64,000 nt of DNA, from contig OX442314.1 in assembly GCA_949358305.1 (NCBI GenBank), forward strand, positions 21,824,001-21,888,000, read 5' to 3'. The stretch comes from Strigamia acuminata (Eukaryota). A program made the translations under genes and the position numbers. The notes under the pieces are model-generated. The model saw only the letters and a program-made list of their open reading frames with translations, was not told where the DNA came from and did not search any database. Of this stretch, positions 63,173 to 64,000 are shown piece after piece; positions within the stretch are counted from its first letter, which is position 1; the number at the start of each line of letters is the position of its first letter.

Positions 63173-63426
63173 AAGAAGAAGAAGAAGCAGAAGAAGAAGT
63201 GGTAGAAGACTTTCAGAGCGAAATTTCGTCCGCCGCGTGGAACTCGTGCATCGATTCAACAGCGTCCGAGTGCGAATATAGCGACGAGCAAAGTTGGTGT
63301 CGCTCGGACGACAATGTTTCGTTCGCCTCGTGTCGCGTCGACGACTCCGACCCCGACCCCGATTCCGACTACAGCGACGCTAAATCGGACGTCTTCTACT
63401 CCGACAAGGACTTTGTTCTCGAATAA
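63173..63426 (+). CDS. Candidate alternative acidic terminal exon of RNF216 copy B
   Basis: Acceptor TTTCTGCAG at 63172 is phase-compatible with donor GCAG|GTACTC at 62810. Encodes EEEEEAEEEVVEDFQSE...DKDFVLE*, with AATAAA overlapping the stop. Confidence 0.5.
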
Positions 63427-63655
63427 AATCAAATGAAGTGAAGTCAAATGTAAAACGAAAACGATATATGGATGGATTTTTTTTTTTACTACCGTAGACC
63501 TTTCCTAACAAAACAACCTGCAACTAAAGAGAAGAAATTGCGCATCTTCACATTACATCATTAGACGTGTGACAAACAATGGAAACACATGTTAAATAAA
63601 AAAACAAAATTAGGAACCTTGTGTTTTAAAATTGATTTGTTCACTTACAAGTTAG

Positions 63656-64000
63656 TGGCTCTCTGTTTCACGGAGTTCGAGCTGAAAATATGGAGGCGCA
63701 TATCGTTTTTGTTGGTCGAATGGTTGCGACCGATCGATCTCCGTCTAGCGGTCCACCTGCCGACGAAATTCAACTTGTATCAACAAACAAAGACAAATCA
63801 AACACGACGGCGCGAGTTTAGCGCGTGAAATTTCAAATTCATCTCATCGAGCCGTGCAAGTTTCGCCTTTCATTTTAGAATGTCGGATGAAAAGGGCTAA
63901 GAGCCTTTCGGGTTCTTTTTAAAAAGAACAAGAAATTAAATCAATAAAACCGCAGCAGCAAATTCATTCAGATATTTCTGAGTAATTGATTAAACTTCGG
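63656..64000 (+). other. 5' region of a probable third RNF216-like paralog continuing past the window
   Basis: Strong similarity to the reverse complement of 56402-56708, the 5' region of copy A, e.g. AATATGGAGGCGCATATCGTTTTTGTTGGTCGAATGGTTGCGACCGATCGAT. Confidence 0.75.

Overview
AT-rich eukaryotic genomic DNA with short GT-AG introns. It is an invertebrate, most likely an arthropod; this is inferred from (TTAGG)n repeats and an arthropod-type RhoGAP N-terminus. Conserved genes in order: TEAD/scalloped (+), an achaete-scute-family bHLH (-), a p50RhoGAP/RhoGAP68F-like gene (+), ZNF593 (-), ARID2/BAP170 (+), CP110 (-), an acid lipase (+) with a decayed tandem duplicate, and two divergently oriented RNF216/TRIAD3-like RBR E3 ligase paralogs. 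The 5' end of a probable third RNF216 copy lies at the right edge. Accessory content includes a tandem array of six small membrane-protein genes with a shared exon architecture (18.2-22.3 kb), a THAP-domain gene split by a MITE, several MITEs with clear TIRs and mostly clear TSDs (one carrying head-to-head telomeric repeats), and small zinc-ribbon and secreted-peptide ORFs. The most notable signals are the membrane microprotein array, a probable AUU (non-AUG) start for TEAD, duplicated tandem TEAD-binding sites inside TEAD's own intron, a candidate structured RNA between ZNF593 and ARID2, and rapid repeat turnover in the RNF216 paralogs. All gene models were assembled by eye; no database searches were run.
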